Origin: Polyangiaceae bacterium
Lineage (GTDB): Bacteria > Myxococcota_A > Polyangia > Polyangiales > Polyangiaceae
Reading direction: 5' to 3'
Assembly (NCBI GenBank): GCA_965222375.1
Contig: CBDCTZ010000008.1
Location: 256,001-320,000 of the forward strand
Length of the DNA: 64,000 nucleotides
Shown here: piece after piece, positions 47,716-58,110 of the stretch
Layout of the letters: each line of letters opens with the position of its first letter
How positions within the stretch are numbered: position 1 is the first letter of the stretch
Position numbers and translations under genes: made by a program
Notes under the pieces: generated by a model
Database searches by the model: none
Told to the model about the DNA's origin: nothing
Seen by the model: only the letters and a program-made list of their open reading frames with translations

Positions 47716-48575
47716 GCGCTCTCTTCCACGATGTGCAGCTTCTTCTTGTGGGTGCTGCCCGTCAGCACTTGCATGCGCCAGTCCACGCCGATGATGTCGC
47801 CCTCTTCCAGCGGCAGCCAGATGTTCTCCCCCTGCAGGGGCTCGCTCGACAGGATCAGGTGGTTCACGAAGCCCGTCTTGCTCGGCGCCTCGCACTCCGG
47901 TGACAGGCTTGGGCAGGCGTCCCGGTCGGCGCAGCGGGTCTTGTAGCTCGACCAAAACAGCTCTTTGCCGCCCTGCACCGCCGCCAGGGTGTCGCCATCG
48001 GTGGCAATCATGGTGAGCAGACTGCGCTTTTCGTCGCCGTCCGTGTCACAGACTCCCCGCACCTTTTTGACCGTCGTGGAAAGCGCCGTTTCAACATCTT
48101 CGATGTTGTGCCGGCGAGACAAAGAACCAAAGCCCGAAAGCTGACTCAAGAAGATGAAAAAGATGACTTCGCTATCTGTGTCGCCCAGAACGAATCGCCG
48201 CAGACGCGGCGCAACCTCGGCAATCAGCGCTTCGCGCTTGGCCTCGAACTCCGGGACGTCGCCGTTGTGAGCGAAGATCCAACGACCGTATTGAAATGGG
48301 TGGCAGTTCAGTACGGTCTTGTTCCCCTGGGTCGCCTTGCGCACGTGGGCCAGCACGGTCTCCGAGCTGACCACGCCGCTGAGACGGTGGAATAGTTGAT
48401 CCCCGAGGGCAAACTCCGGACTGCGGGTGATGTGAGGAGCGCCGTCGACGTAAAAGGCGACGCCCCAACCATCTGGGTGCTCGTTGCTTTGCACACCGAG
48501 GGCGTTGTCCGCAGCCAACAGGGAGCGGTGCACCTGGCTGGGAATGACGCTTCGAAAACCGAACAGGCGGCACAT
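47712..48575 (-). CDS. Class II glutamine amidotransferase (YafJ/EgtC-like)
   Basis: MCRLFG, HPDGWG, AHVRKAT, NCHPF, AHNG, GDTDSE. Confidence 0.92.
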   Translation of the reverse strand: MCRLFGFRSVIPSQVHRSLLAADNALGVQSNEHPDGWGVAFYVDGAPHITRSPEFALGDQLFHRLSGVVSSETVLAHVRKATQGNKTVLNCHPFQYGRWIFAHNGDVPEFEAKREALIAEVAPRLRRFVLGDTDSEVIFFIFLSQLSGFGSLSRRHNIEDVETALSTTVKKVRGVCDTDGDEKRSLLTMIATDGDTLAAVQGGKELFWSSYKTRCADRDACPSLSPECEAPSKTGFVNHLILSSEPLQGENIWLPLEEGDIIGVDWRMQVLTGSTHKKKLHIVEESA

Positions 48576-48664
48576 TGCGCTCTCAGCATGCCACAACCCA
48601 AACTCGCACGCGAAAATTGGCCGCTTGCGGCGGCTGATGGCGGGCACCATCCTGAGCCGAAGGG

Positions 48665-49513
48665 ATGCAGGCAGAGCTCGAAGGCAAAACGACTCTAGTC
48701 ACCGGGGCCAATACGGGTATCGGAAAGGAGATCGCTCGGGGGCTCGCAACCTCGGGAGCCAAGGTGATCCTCGCCTGTCGCAGCCGACAGCGAGGCCAGG
48801 CCGCCTTGGACGAACTGCGCCAAGACACGGGAAGCGACGAACTCGAGCTTCAGCTCGTGGACCTCGATAGCCAGGCATCGATCCGAGCCATGGCCTCGCG
48901 CGTACTGGATCGAGATGAGGCCTTGCACGTCTTGGTCAACAACGCGGGGATCTATCCAGAAGCCCGCGCGCTGTCCCCAGACGGAATCGAGCGTACCTGG
49001 GCGACCAACGTGATCGCGTACCACCTACTCTGTCAGCTCCTCCTGCCGAGGCTCATCTCGTCAGCGCCATCCCGCATCGTCAATGTCGCATCCACCGCCG
49101 CAGGCGGTCTGGACATGAACGATCTCCAATTCGAAACTCGCCGCTTCGGTGGCATCGCCGCCTACAAACAAAGCAAGCAGGCCAACCGCATGTTGTCCTG
49201 GGCGCTGCACCGCCGGGTGGTCAGCCAAGGCGTCAGCGTCAACGTCGCTCACCCTGGCCCCGTCGCGACGGAACTGGCGCGCACTCAGCAAGGACTCTGG
49301 GGCGTGCTCAATCGCGTCGCCTTCCGCGTGTTCGGCCGCTCGCCCACCGCGGGCGCCGACACGGCGTTGTGGCTCGCCACGAGCCCGGAGCTGGAGGGCA
49401 AGAGCGGGCTGTTCTGGGCCAAGCGCCGACAGCGCCGCTGTGAGTTCGCCAACGAAGAGCAGGAAGAAGCCCTCTGGGACATCGTGGAAAGCCAGATCCT
49501 CCCCACGGCGTAA
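48665..49513 (+). CDS. Short-chain dehydrogenase/reductase
   Basis: TGANTGIG, NNAG, YKQSK, HPG. Confidence 0.93.
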   Translation: MQAELEGKTTLVTGANTGIGKEIARGLATSGAKVILACRSRQRGQAALDELRQDTGSDELELQLVDLDSQASIRAMASRVLDRDEALHVLVNNAGIYPEARALSPDGIERTWATNVIAYHLLCQLLLPRLISSAPSRIVNVASTAAGGLDMNDLQFETRRFGGIAAYKQSKQANRMLSWALHRRVVSQGVSVNVAHPGPVATELARTQQGLWGVLNRVAFRVFGRSPTAGADTALWLATSPELEGKSGLFWAKRRQRRCEFANEEQEEALWDIVESQILPTA

Positions 49514-49549
49514 CCAGCCTCAGACAACCTCCGTAAGCCGTCGTGAAGC

Positions 49550-50254
49550 ATGGATAAGCACCCGGAATTGATCAAAATGCTGGAACGTCGCCGCTTCATC
49601 CAACTGGCGTCGGCGGGCACCTTCATCACTGCCTTCGGCGGAATCGGCCTCATCTCCGACGAGCTGACCCGCGTGGCTCAGGCAGCGCGCCGCAAAGATG
49701 GGCGACCGCGCCTGCCGCCGGGCCAGAAGGTGATCCAGCGGATCAAACCCATGGGTGGCGACCAGGGCAATCCGAGCCCCGGTGCCTTTCGTCTGAAAGT
49801 GCACGGCCACGTCGAAGAGCCCTTCACCATCAACTTCGCCCAGCTGCTCAAGATGAAGAACGTGACCATGGAGCTGGACGTGCATTGCGTCACGGCCTGG
49901 TCTCTGTTGGGTGCGAAGTTCACCGGGGTGCGGATCCGCGACATGCTTGCACGAGCCAAACCGAGGCGCGGCGCACGCTACGTGATCTTCGAGGCTGCAC
50001 ACGGCTACACGGCCAACGTGCCACTGCGCGCAGCGAAGAAGGGCAATACCCTGATCGCACATCGCCTCGATGGTCGCCCTTTGCGTCGGCCTCACGGCGC
50101 TCCAGTTCGGGCCGTGATTCCAGATCTCTACTTCTGGAAGAGCGCCAAGTGGCTCACGGGCATCAAAGTGGTTACCCGCGACGAGCCCGGCTATTGGGAG
50201 ACCCGTGGCTATCACAACCGCGCAGACCCCTGGAAAGAGCAACGGCACAGCTGA
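49550..50254 (+). CDS. Sulfite-oxidase-like molybdopterin oxidoreductase with Tat-like signal
   Basis: RRRFIQ, DVHCVTAWS, HGAPVR, YFWKSAKWL, GYWETRGYH. Confidence 0.9.
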   Translation: MDKHPELIKMLERRRFIQLASAGTFITAFGGIGLISDELTRVAQAARRKDGRPRLPPGQKVIQRIKPMGGDQGNPSPGAFRLKVHGHVEEPFTINFAQLLKMKNVTMELDVHCVTAWSLLGAKFTGVRIRDMLARAKPRRGARYVIFEAAHGYTANVPLRAAKKGNTLIAHRLDGRPLRRPHGAPVRAVIPDLYFWKSAKWLTGIKVVTRDEPGYWETRGYHNRADPWKEQRHS

Positions 50255-50258
50255 GGCC

Positions 50259-50888
50259 ATGAGCGAAAGTTCCGAGCCGTCCTCCCCTGCCCCCGACGTC
50301 GCCGACGAACCCACCAAGTCTCGCGCCTCGCGACGCAAGTGGCGGCCTTGGCTCAGAGCCATGCATCGAGACGCCGGCTACTTCGTGGTCGGGCTGACGA
50401 TCATCTACGCCGTATCGGGTTTGGCCGTGAATCACATCGCTAGCTGGGACCCGAGCTTCGAAAACTACGAGCGCACGCATCAGATGTCTGTGCCCCTCGA
50501 GGGCGAAGACGACGCCATCGCCAAGCAGGTTACCGCCCATCTGAAGATCGACGAAAAGCCCACAGAAGTGTATCGCGTCGATGACGCCGAGCTCGAAATC
50601 CTATTCGACAAGCGCACCCTGCACGTCAACACGCAGACGGGGAAGATCCTCGACGACGGCCAGGAGCCACGCTTCTTCTTGCGGCTCGCCAATTGGCTCC
50701 ACCTCAACCGCGGCAAGAAGGCGTGGACGATCGTGGCCGACGGCTACGCGATCTTGCTCTTGGGGCTCGCCCTATCCGGCCTATTCATGATTCCTGGACG
50801 CAAGGGTCTGCGCGGCCGCGGGGCCATCATCGCGGGCATTGGTGCCGCGATCCCCGTGCTCTACGTCGTGCTCAGCGGCGGCCCCTGA
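50259..50888 (+). CDS. PepSY-associated TM protein
   Basis: HRDAGY...SGLAVNH, NWLHLNRG, SGLF. Confidence 0.85.
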   Translation: MSESSEPSSPAPDVADEPTKSRASRRKWRPWLRAMHRDAGYFVVGLTIIYAVSGLAVNHIASWDPSFENYERTHQMSVPLEGEDDAIAKQVTAHLKIDEKPTEVYRVDDAELEILFDKRTLHVNTQTGKILDDGQEPRFFLRLANWLHLNRGKKAWTIVADGYAILLLGLALSGLFMIPGRKGLRGRGAIIAGIGAAIPVLYVVLSGGP

Positions 50889-50908
50889 GTGGATCCCCAG
50901 CCCCGCCC

Positions 50909-52123
50909 TCAGGCGGTTAGTGCGCGGGCGATTTGTGAGATCTGGATCTCGTCCGTCCCGCCGTAGATCTGCAGCACCTTGGCGTCCCGGGCGAGCTGCT
51001 CCACCCGATACTCGGCCATGTAGCCGTTGCCCCCGAATAGCTGCACTGCTTCCAGCGCCACCTCCATGGCCGCTTGAGCACAATACAACTTGCCAGCGCT
51101 GGCCTCGGCCAAGCTCATCGCCTTGCCCGCCGAGGCCAATTCGATGATCCGAAACGCCAGGTTCTGAATGTTCATCCGCGCCACTTCCATCTTCGCGAGC
51201 TTGAGCTGAATCAGCTGAAACTCTCCGATGGGACGCCCGAACTGCACCCGCGTTTTGGCGTATTCGACCGAAACCCTGAGGCATTCTTCCACGATGCCCA
51301 GCGCCATCCCGACGACGCCGGTTCGCTCGGCCTTGAAGGTGTCTTTGGCGCCGGTGCGGTAGCTGCGCTCTTCGCTTTCTCCCAATAGTCGATCCCGCCC
51401 CACCTTCACGTCACTCAGAAACAGCTCACCCGTCGGCGAGGCGTGCATGCCCATCTTGCGCAGTGGCTTGCTCTGCTCGAAGCCCGGCATGCCACGCTCG
51501 AGCACGAATGACAGCACCTTTCGATCTTTGGGGTCGTTGCCTTCGTCGAGTTTGCAGATGAAGACGGTCGTGTCCGCGTAGGGGCCATTGGTGATGAAAG
51601 TCTTGTTGCCATTGAGCACGTAGCCGTCCCCGTCCCGCCGCGCACTCGCCTTCATGCTTCCGAACGCATCCGAGCCAGAGCCAGGTTCCGTGATGGCCCA
51701 AGCGCCGATCTTGTCGAGGGTCAGAAGATCCTTGGCCCAGCGCTCTTTCTGAGCGCGGGTGCCCTTGCTCATGATGGTGCCGGCGGTCAGCCCCGCGCTC
51801 ACGCCCAGGGCGGTGACCATGCCTGGGCTCACTCGGGAGAGCTCGATGATGGGGATCATTTGCATGGCCAGCATGTCGCCGGAGCTCTTGGGGGCCTGTT
51901 TGTCCTTCTCGGGCGAGTCGGATTTCTCGGCACGCTCCAGATCCTTCGCGAACCGCATCTCGGCCATGTCGCGCAAGCCAAAGGTGGCAAACATCTTCCG
52001 CAGCACGTCGTAGGGAGGCAGATCTCCGTGCTCGAGATCGTCTCGCTTGGGGAGTAACTCCTGTTCGATGAAGCGCCGGAACGCCGTTCGGATTGCCTGA
52101 TGCTGCTCGCCCCACTCGATCAT
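50909..52123 (-). CDS. Acyl-CoA dehydrogenase
   Basis: TEPGSGSDA, NGNKTFITNG, KMGM, RVQFGRPI, GGNGY, IYGGTDEIQ. Confidence 0.96.
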   Translation of the reverse strand: MIEWGEQHQAIRTAFRRFIEQELLPKRDDLEHGDLPPYDVLRKMFATFGLRDMAEMRFAKDLERAEKSDSPEKDKQAPKSSGDMLAMQMIPIIELSRVSPGMVTALGVSAGLTAGTIMSKGTRAQKERWAKDLLTLDKIGAWAITEPGSGSDAFGSMKASARRDGDGYVLNGNKTFITNGPYADTTVFICKLDEGNDPKDRKVLSFVLERGMPGFEQSKPLRKMGMHASPTGELFLSDVKVGRDRLLGESEERSYRTGAKDTFKAERTGVVGMALGIVEECLRVSVEYAKTRVQFGRPIGEFQLIQLKLAKMEVARMNIQNLAFRIIELASAGKAMSLAEASAGKLYCAQAAMEVALEAVQLFGGNGYMAEYRVEQLARDAKVLQIYGGTDEIQISQIARALTA

Positions 52124-52153
52124 TTTGGTCTCCTCGGCCCTTCGGCGCGCCTG

Positions 52154-53965
52154 TCAGCCCGCGATGATTTTCTTTACCGCGAATACCACACCAGCCAAGC
52201 TCTCGCCGGCGATGAGCCCAGAAGCAACGACGATCACGAAGCGCTTCGCCCAATTCTTCCACTTCTTGGTGACCAGCCAGGCGATGGCGCCCCCCATGAA
52301 GATCGCCATGGAGTAGTAGGCCGGGATGATCAGGGCGAGCCCCATGCTCGATGCGCTGGGTATCCAGAAACGTACGAGAGGCGGGGAAAATCGCTCCGCG
52401 GCAGCCAGTACGATCCCCAGTGCTCCGGCGATGTAGATCGCCGTCAGGGCGCCCTGGGGCATGCTGTCGAGGCCTTTCTGAAACACCTCCGCGACGGCCT
52501 TCCACTGCGCGACGGAAGGAGCGGGCCAGTCTTCGGTGAGCAACATCTTGCCGGGGTTGGGAACCAGCACGAGATACGCCGCGGCTCCAGCGAGGGCACC
52601 GGCCATGACGCCCAGGAATTGGGAGATGGCCTGCGCCCGAGGCCACACACCCAAGCGCCGCCCCGCTTGAAGATCGTGCAACATGTCGGCGCACTGGCTG
52701 GCGGCACCGCCGGTGACGTTGGCGGCCATGAGGTTGCTGGTCGGGTCGCCCGGCGCGATGACGCCCAAGCTAAGCTGGGTCACTTTGCCCATCGCGCCAA
52801 CCGGCGTGATGCCCGTTTCGCCCGCAACCCGCCCGGCAACGATGGCGAGCAAGAATGTGAAGAATACGCCGAACAGTGCCACCCACCAGCTGATACCGAA
52901 GAGCGCGATCTGCAGTACGACTGAGGCCGCCGCGACCGCGGCTCCAATCCGGAGATAGTTGCGCCGCGAAATCTCGTAGCGCGCGGGTTCGTTCGACTTG
53001 GCGTCATCCTTGGTGGCACTCTTCGCGCCTCGGAAGGCCACGATGATGGACTTGGCGCCAAGGAAGAAAGACGTCAGAGACGCCGTGACCATCATGGCTA
53101 CGCCCGGCCACAACATCCACTTGACCATCGGACCGAACCACATCGCACCCGGCTTGCCGGACTGCATATAACCGGCCTCCAGCATCGCCGGCGCCACGAA
53201 TCCCCAAGACACGACCGCTCCCAAGAGCAGCGACCAGCAAGCACGCATGCCAATCAGCGCGCCCAGGCCCAACATCAGCAAGCTGGGATCGAATGCGAAG
53301 CCCAAGTTCTTGAGCGACAGGGAGCCGATCCCCTTCGCGCCCATGGCGCCACCCGCGGAAAGGGACCCCGGCAGTCCGACTTTGGGGATCTTGAACAACT
53401 CCACGGCGACTTTCAGTCCCGCAGCCGCAAAGCCACCGACGAGCAGGGCTTTGACCCGCGCCATGGCCTCGCTGCCTCGAGCGTACATCTCACGCAATGT
53501 CTCCGACGTTGCGATCCCGAAGGGAAAGGGCAACTTGTCCCGCTCGAGCATCTGGCGCCTCAACCCGAGACCCACGATGATGCCAACGCAAGCCACGCTG
53601 AAGACCCACGTGGCTAACCACTGCCAGGCCAAGGTCTGACCCGTGAGCATCGTCAGCGCCGGAATGGGAGCCACCAGACCCGCGCTGGAAATCGAGGCGC
53701 CAGCCGACGCTCCGGTCTGGGCCACCGTGTTTTCCGCAATGCCGAAGGGTCGCCGCTTTGCAACGCGACTGGCGACTTGCCAGAACGCGAATCCGAGCAA
53801 CGCAGCGGTGATGCTCATGTTGGTGCCCCAACCAATCTTGAGCCCGCTGTAGATGTTACATAGTGACAGGATCGCACCAAACCCCATGCCCGTCAGCACG
53901 GCGCGAAGGGTGAGCTGGGTGACGTTGGGATCAACGGGGGGCGTCACATCTTGGATGTCGTTCAC
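52154..53965 (-). CDS. OPT-family oligopeptide transporter
   Basis: QLTLRAVLTG, NIYSGLKIG, ENTVAQT, LPFPFG, GETGITP, SGLIAGE. Confidence 0.92.
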   Translation of the reverse strand: MNDIQDVTPPVDPNVTQLTLRAVLTGMGFGAILSLCNIYSGLKIGWGTNMSITAALLGFAFWQVASRVAKRRPFGIAENTVAQTGASAGASISSAGLVAPIPALTMLTGQTLAWQWLATWVFSVACVGIIVGLGLRRQMLERDKLPFPFGIATSETLREMYARGSEAMARVKALLVGGFAAAGLKVAVELFKIPKVGLPGSLSAGGAMGAKGIGSLSLKNLGFAFDPSLLMLGLGALIGMRACWSLLLGAVVSWGFVAPAMLEAGYMQSGKPGAMWFGPMVKWMLWPGVAMMVTASLTSFFLGAKSIIVAFRGAKSATKDDAKSNEPARYEISRRNYLRIGAAVAAASVVLQIALFGISWWVALFGVFFTFLLAIVAGRVAGETGITPVGAMGKVTQLSLGVIAPGDPTSNLMAANVTGGAASQCADMLHDLQAGRRLGVWPRAQAISQFLGVMAGALAGAAAYLVLVPNPGKMLLTEDWPAPSVAQWKAVAEVFQKGLDSMPQGALTAIYIAGALGIVLAAAERFSPPLVRFWIPSASSMGLALIIPAYYSMAIFMGGAIAWLVTKKWKNWAKRFVIVVASGLIAGESLAGVVFAVKKIIAG

Positions 53966-54082
53966 GGCGGCGGAGCATACGGACAAACCCCGCTGGCCCG
54001 CAGCACTTTGTCGCGAGCCTCGCGACAAAGCCGGAGTTATGCTGACGGCGTGGCAGGGCCGGATTTCCGAGATTTTCGCCTG

Positions 54083-54967
54083 GTGACTCGGGCCCCCGCG
54101 ACCGCGCTGGACCGCCTATTGCGCGAGCATTTCTCAGGGGCGAGCTGGACGCAAGTCCGCAAGCTGATCACCACGGGCAAGGTCTTCGTCGATGGCGTCG
54201 TGGTGAGGGACCCTCGCGCGTGCTTGGTGGCGGGGCAGTGCCTCGAACTCAGGTTGCGCGCGCGCCGAGTCAGGTCACAGGGGCTGCCCGAACGCAGCGT
54301 TTTGCACGTGGACAGCGCCATTGTCGTGGTGAACAAGACCGCGGGCATAGCCACGGTGCCCTTCGAAGACCAGGAGCCCCATGCGTTGAGCGAGCAGGTC
54401 CGCAGCCTGCTGTCGCGCAAGAGCAAAGGGCGCTGTCCGCCGCTCGGCGTCGTTCAGCGCCTGGACAAGTGGACCAGCGGTTGTCTGGTATTCGCGCGCA
54501 CCGCCGTCGCCAAACGCGAACTTCAGCAGCAGTTTCGCGACCACTCAGTGCATCGTCGCTACTGGGCCGTCGTGCACGGCAAGATGGCAAGCCAGACCCT
54601 GCGCTCCCACCTGATTCGAGATCGCGGTGACGGCAAGCGGGGCTCCACACGCGAAGCCCATCTAGGCCGCGAGGCGGTTACGCATGTGACTGTCTTGGAG
54701 AGCTTCGAGTCCGCTACTTGGGTCGAGTGCCGCCTCGAGACGGGCCGCACCCACCAAATCCGAATTCACTGCGCGGAGGCCGGGCACCCGCTATTCGGCG
54801 AGCGGGTCTACGCCGACTCATCCCTGATGGACGCCGCCCCGCGCCAGCAACTGCATGCCCATGAGCTTGGCTTTTTGCATCCTCTTTCCGGCAAGCGGCT
54901 GACGTTCCGGGTCCCGTTGCCAGAGGACATGCAATCCCAACTCGAGCAGCTCAGGGATCCAACTTGA
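54083..54967 (+). CDS. RluA/RluD-family pseudouridine synthase with S4 domain
   Basis: VVNKTAG, QRLDKWTSG, LETGRTHQIRIH, GHP, LHA. Confidence 0.92.
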   Translation: MTRAPATALDRLLREHFSGASWTQVRKLITTGKVFVDGVVVRDPRACLVAGQCLELRLRARRVRSQGLPERSVLHVDSAIVVVNKTAGIATVPFEDQEPHALSEQVRSLLSRKSKGRCPPLGVVQRLDKWTSGCLVFARTAVAKRELQQQFRDHSVHRRYWAVVHGKMASQTLRSHLIRDRGDGKRGSTREAHLGREAVTHVTVLESFESATWVECRLETGRTHQIRIHCAEAGHPLFGERVYADSSLMDAAPRQQLHAHELGFLHPLSGKRLTFRVPLPEDMQSQLEQLRDPT

Positions 54968-57020
54968 CCCGCGTGATCGCGCGGCACTTTACATCTACGG
55001 TTTGGCCCTTGGTGAGCCAACTCGGCGGATCTCCCTTACCCAAGCGCACGAACTTGAGGCCACAGGCAGACTGGTTTTTCTCGTTGGTCGTTCCGACCTT
55101 GAACCCCGTGGCATAGACATCGGCGGCCGTGTCCGACTCCACGATCAGATAGCCCTGCCCCCAGTTCAGCTCACTTCCGTCATCGCCGTCGTCTTGGGGA
55201 GCGGCAGCAACACTAGCGCTCGGCGCCGCGCTCTCGAGCGGCACTGCGCTTTCGCTACCCGGGGGGGGAGCCGCTTGCGCCGAGGACGACGGCTGAGGGC
55301 TGGACAAGACCCCAGTCGCCGAGGCCGTCGCCGCGGAAAGCTCAGGAGCACCCAGACCCGTGGCGTCATCCCGAGCTCTCCACCACTCGTAGGCAAAGAA
55401 GGAGACCGCGAGCACGACCCCAACCAGCGCGCCGCCTCCAACCAACGCACCGAGACCGGAACGCGGCGGTGCCGTCGCCTGCTCCGGGGCGAACTGCTTT
55501 GCCTCCGGAGGCAGGGCGGGACTCTTCGGGATATCGATCGCCGCCTGGGGTGCCCGCGGAGGTGCTGGCGGTGGCAATGCTGGGTCAACGCTAGCGGCGG
55601 GGGCCGGAAAGGGCTCCGCACGCGGCGGCGCCGAGACCGGGGCGGGCTCCGGCTCGGGAGATGACGCGGGCGCCGGCTCGGGCTCGGGGGACGACGCGGG
55701 CGGCTCGGGCTCGGGAGACGACGCGGGCGGCTCGGGGGGCGGTGGTTCAGGCCGCGGGGGCGCAGCGGGCCGGGGAGGCGCGGCAGGCCGCGGCGGGCCG
55801 GCCTCAGCTTGCTTTTGGACCGGCGCTTCGGGCACCTGAGAGTCCCGAACCGCGACACCGATGGGCGCCGACAGTGCTACGAGCTCGGGCAGATTCTTTG
55901 GAACGTGGATTGCCGGTGCACTGGCGCGCGGCGTTTCGATCAAGGTGTGGAAGCCGTCAATGAACAACCGAAGATCTTCACCCAACCCATCTCGGATCTC
56001 GACACCGAAACCGGGCGGCGCCGCCGCCATGCTCGCCAGATCGAAACCGCGACGCCAAGCAACACGACCCACGAGGCGCACCCGTCGCTTTTGTCGCGGC
56101 GGCCTCAACTCCAACCAGATCTGCTCTTCCGGAGGTGGCAGCAGTGTGCGAACGAACAGCCCGCCCGAGCTGATGTTGTAGGACAAGCCGAGTTCATCGT
56201 CGTCGTCTCCCGCTCCCCGAAACCACACGCAGGTCCCGTACAGCAAGCGTGGGCTCGCTCGGGCGGCCTTGCTCGTGCCGCTGAGCATCTCGTTGGAGGC
56301 GAACAACACGCTTTCTGGCGGCAAGTACGAACCCATGACGGAAACGTTCTCGAGGCCGTCCAGCCGGTTTCGCACTTCGACAATTTCCTTGCGCTGAGCC
56401 GTGATGACCCAGACTGGTTTCGAGCCTTTCTTGCGGGACTGCTCGATGATGCCCCGGGTGACGCCCAGCTCTGCTCCCGCAACCATCAGGCGCACATCGG
56501 CTTGCTGGGAAAAGTACTTAACCGCTACGTCATCCAGCGCAAGCTTCACGTCGTAGCCGGCGTTGCTGAGCACGCGACCGAACACGGCGCCCCGCGCCTT
56601 GTCGGGGTCACAGACTACGGCGCGGCCCCGCTCGTTCATCGATTCCGGTGGTTCTCCAAGGGGGAGCACCTTGAGTCGTGAGAGCAACGCGGCGTTCTGT
56701 TCCGCCGGGATCACGTCATCCGCGCCCATGGAGTAGAGCTTCTCCACGAAGACGTCGCCGATCTCCGAGGCCAATGCGATGAGCGGAACGCCCGCCAGCG
56801 CCGTGCGGGCGCGCACCTTTTCGCACACTTTGTCGGCCCGGGCGACCCGAGTATCAAAGGCCACCAACGCGGGTTCGTTGTGTTCTAGCCAGGAGAGCGC
56901 CGCGGGGGTCGACTCTACGTTGGCGAGTTCCAGCTTGGACGCCTGCGCGATCGCACTCAAGCTTCGACGGCGGTCCGGATCGAGCTTGCCTAGGAAAAGC
57001 AGATGGGCGAATCGCGCCAC
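54951..57020 (-). CDS. Degenerate receiver-like domains + PilZ + Pro-rich linker + TM + PEGA-like domain
   Basis: GADD, RASPR and NISSGGLFV (PilZ), GFGVE, Pro-rich tract, one TM, GYLIVES. Confidence 0.75.
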   Translation of the reverse strand: MARFAHLLFLGKLDPDRRRSLSAIAQASKLELANVESTPAALSWLEHNEPALVAFDTRVARADKVCEKVRARTALAGVPLIALASEIGDVFVEKLYSMGADDVIPAEQNAALLSRLKVLPLGEPPESMNERGRAVVCDPDKARGAVFGRVLSNAGYDVKLALDDVAVKYFSQQADVRLMVAGAELGVTRGIIEQSRKKGSKPVWVITAQRKEIVEVRNRLDGLENVSVMGSYLPPESVLFASNEMLSGTSKAARASPRLLYGTCVWFRGAGDDDDELGLSYNISSGGLFVRTLLPPPEEQIWLELRPPRQKRRVRLVGRVAWRRGFDLASMAAAPPGFGVEIRDGLGEDLRLFIDGFHTLIETPRASAPAIHVPKNLPELVALSAPIGVAVRDSQVPEAPVQKQAEAGPPRPAAPPRPAAPPRPEPPPPEPPASSPEPEPPASSPEPEPAPASSPEPEPAPVSAPPRAEPFPAPAASVDPALPPPAPPRAPQAAIDIPKSPALPPEAKQFAPEQATAPPRSGLGALVGGGALVGVVLAVSFFAYEWWRARDDATGLGAPELSAATASATGVLSSPQPSSSAQAAPPPGSESAVPLESAAPSASVAAAPQDDGDDGSELNWGQGYLIVESDTAADVYATGFKVGTTNEKNQSACGLKFVRLGKGDPPSWLTKGQTVDVKCRAITRVKLDP

Positions 57021-57071
57021 GTGTGCATGCTAGTCCGTCGTGGCGCGCACCGGTACCCCGATATAACTCTG

Positions 57072-57144
57072 AGCGGGACACGGGATTCGAACCCGTGACC
57101 CCAAGCTTGGGAAGCTTGTGCTCTACCAGCTGAGCTAGTCCCGC
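57072..57144 (-). tRNA. tRNA-Gly(CCC), CCA not encoded
   Basis: GCGGGAC TAGCTCAGCTGGTAGAGC A CAAGC-TTCCCAA-GCTTG ... ACGGG-TTCGAAT-CCCGT GTCCCGC T. Confidence 0.97.
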
Positions 57145-57239
57145 AGATCGTCCCGGAGCATACTTCCGCCCTAGGGCCCGTCAACCGCCTCAGCAGTCTC
57201 CTTGACCGGAAACCTGGGACGAGGCTAAAACCTCAAGCC

Positions 57240-57488
57240 TTGAAAACCGCGAGTATTCATTCCTCCTGCGAGTGCCAAGCCAGGCTCTATGCCGAGCTCG
57301 ACGAGCAGCGACACGTCCGCAAAGGCTGGGCAAAAGACCGCCGGCGGCGACTGGAAAAGCCTGCCCCAGCCCACAGCATCGGCGCCGCCAAAGACCGCTT
57401 CGACGTGGCGTGGTTCTGCCCTTTCTGTGTGCGGAACACCCTGCGCTCGTTCGACGCATCTGGCCTTGCCTGGCGTACCACCGTTTGA
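57240..57488 (+). CDS. Small Cys-containing hypothetical protein
   Basis: CEC...WFCPFC; TTG start. Confidence 0.55.
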   Translation: MKTASIHSSCECQARLYAELDEQRHVRKGWAKDRRRRLEKPAPAHSIGAAKDRFDVAWFCPFCVRNTLRSFDASGLAWRTTV

Positions 57489-57503
57489 GCGGGGTATCGG
57501 CTC

Positions 57504-57836
57504 TCAGGCGGCGGCCAGGCGGAAGCTGTGTTCGCCCTGTTCGACGAGTTCCAACATGGCCCGGGTCACACGCACCCGAGCCGCATCGCGACTGCGCTGC
57601 CGAAGGAACACCGCCTGCTTGAGCGCCTTGGTGGCCTCGTCACGACGGCCCGCCCGAACGCACTGCACGGCGTATAGAGTCCACAGGCGCGCGCTGTCCT
57701 TGTCGCGAAGACACGCTTCCTTCAGGGTCAGCATGGCGCGACGATGTTCACCTCGGCGTCGGTGCCTCCAGGCACGCCCGAGCAGACCGCTATCCGCTTG
57801 GCGGGTGCTAACTTGTGATCTTCGTCGGCGACGCAT
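57504..57836 (-). CDS. Small TPR-like protein
   Basis: GEHRRAMLTLKEAC...SARLWTLYA...GRRDEATKALKQA. Confidence 0.6.
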   Translation of the reverse strand: MRRRRRSQVSTRQADSGLLGRAWRHRRRGEHRRAMLTLKEACLRDKDSARLWTLYAVQCVRAGRRDEATKALKQAVFLRQRSRDAARVRVTRAMLELVEQGEHSFRLAAA

Positions 57837-58110
57837 GTTGGTTACTCCCCTTTGACGTGCGAACCCTCGTTTCGATTTTCCTATCCGCGTTGTCACAGTT
57901 CCTACGGAATGGAAAAGTTTGTGAGGATGCTTGGTCTCCGGGCACCTGCAGGTCTGCAGTCTGCGTGCCAAGGTGCCTCCAGAGCCGGAAACCTGCATGA
58001 ATTCATGCGGATCGGCACGGGGCGAGGGCTCTAAGGAGCGGCGCGTTGCGTCAAAGGCGTGACAGTTGGATCCGACCTTTGTCGCGCAGTGGCGATAACT
58101 GCGCGCACAT

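Noticed and set aside
57072..57144. tRNA-Gly as a second integration site
   Set aside because: No integrase nearby and no duplicated 3' end noticed in the window.
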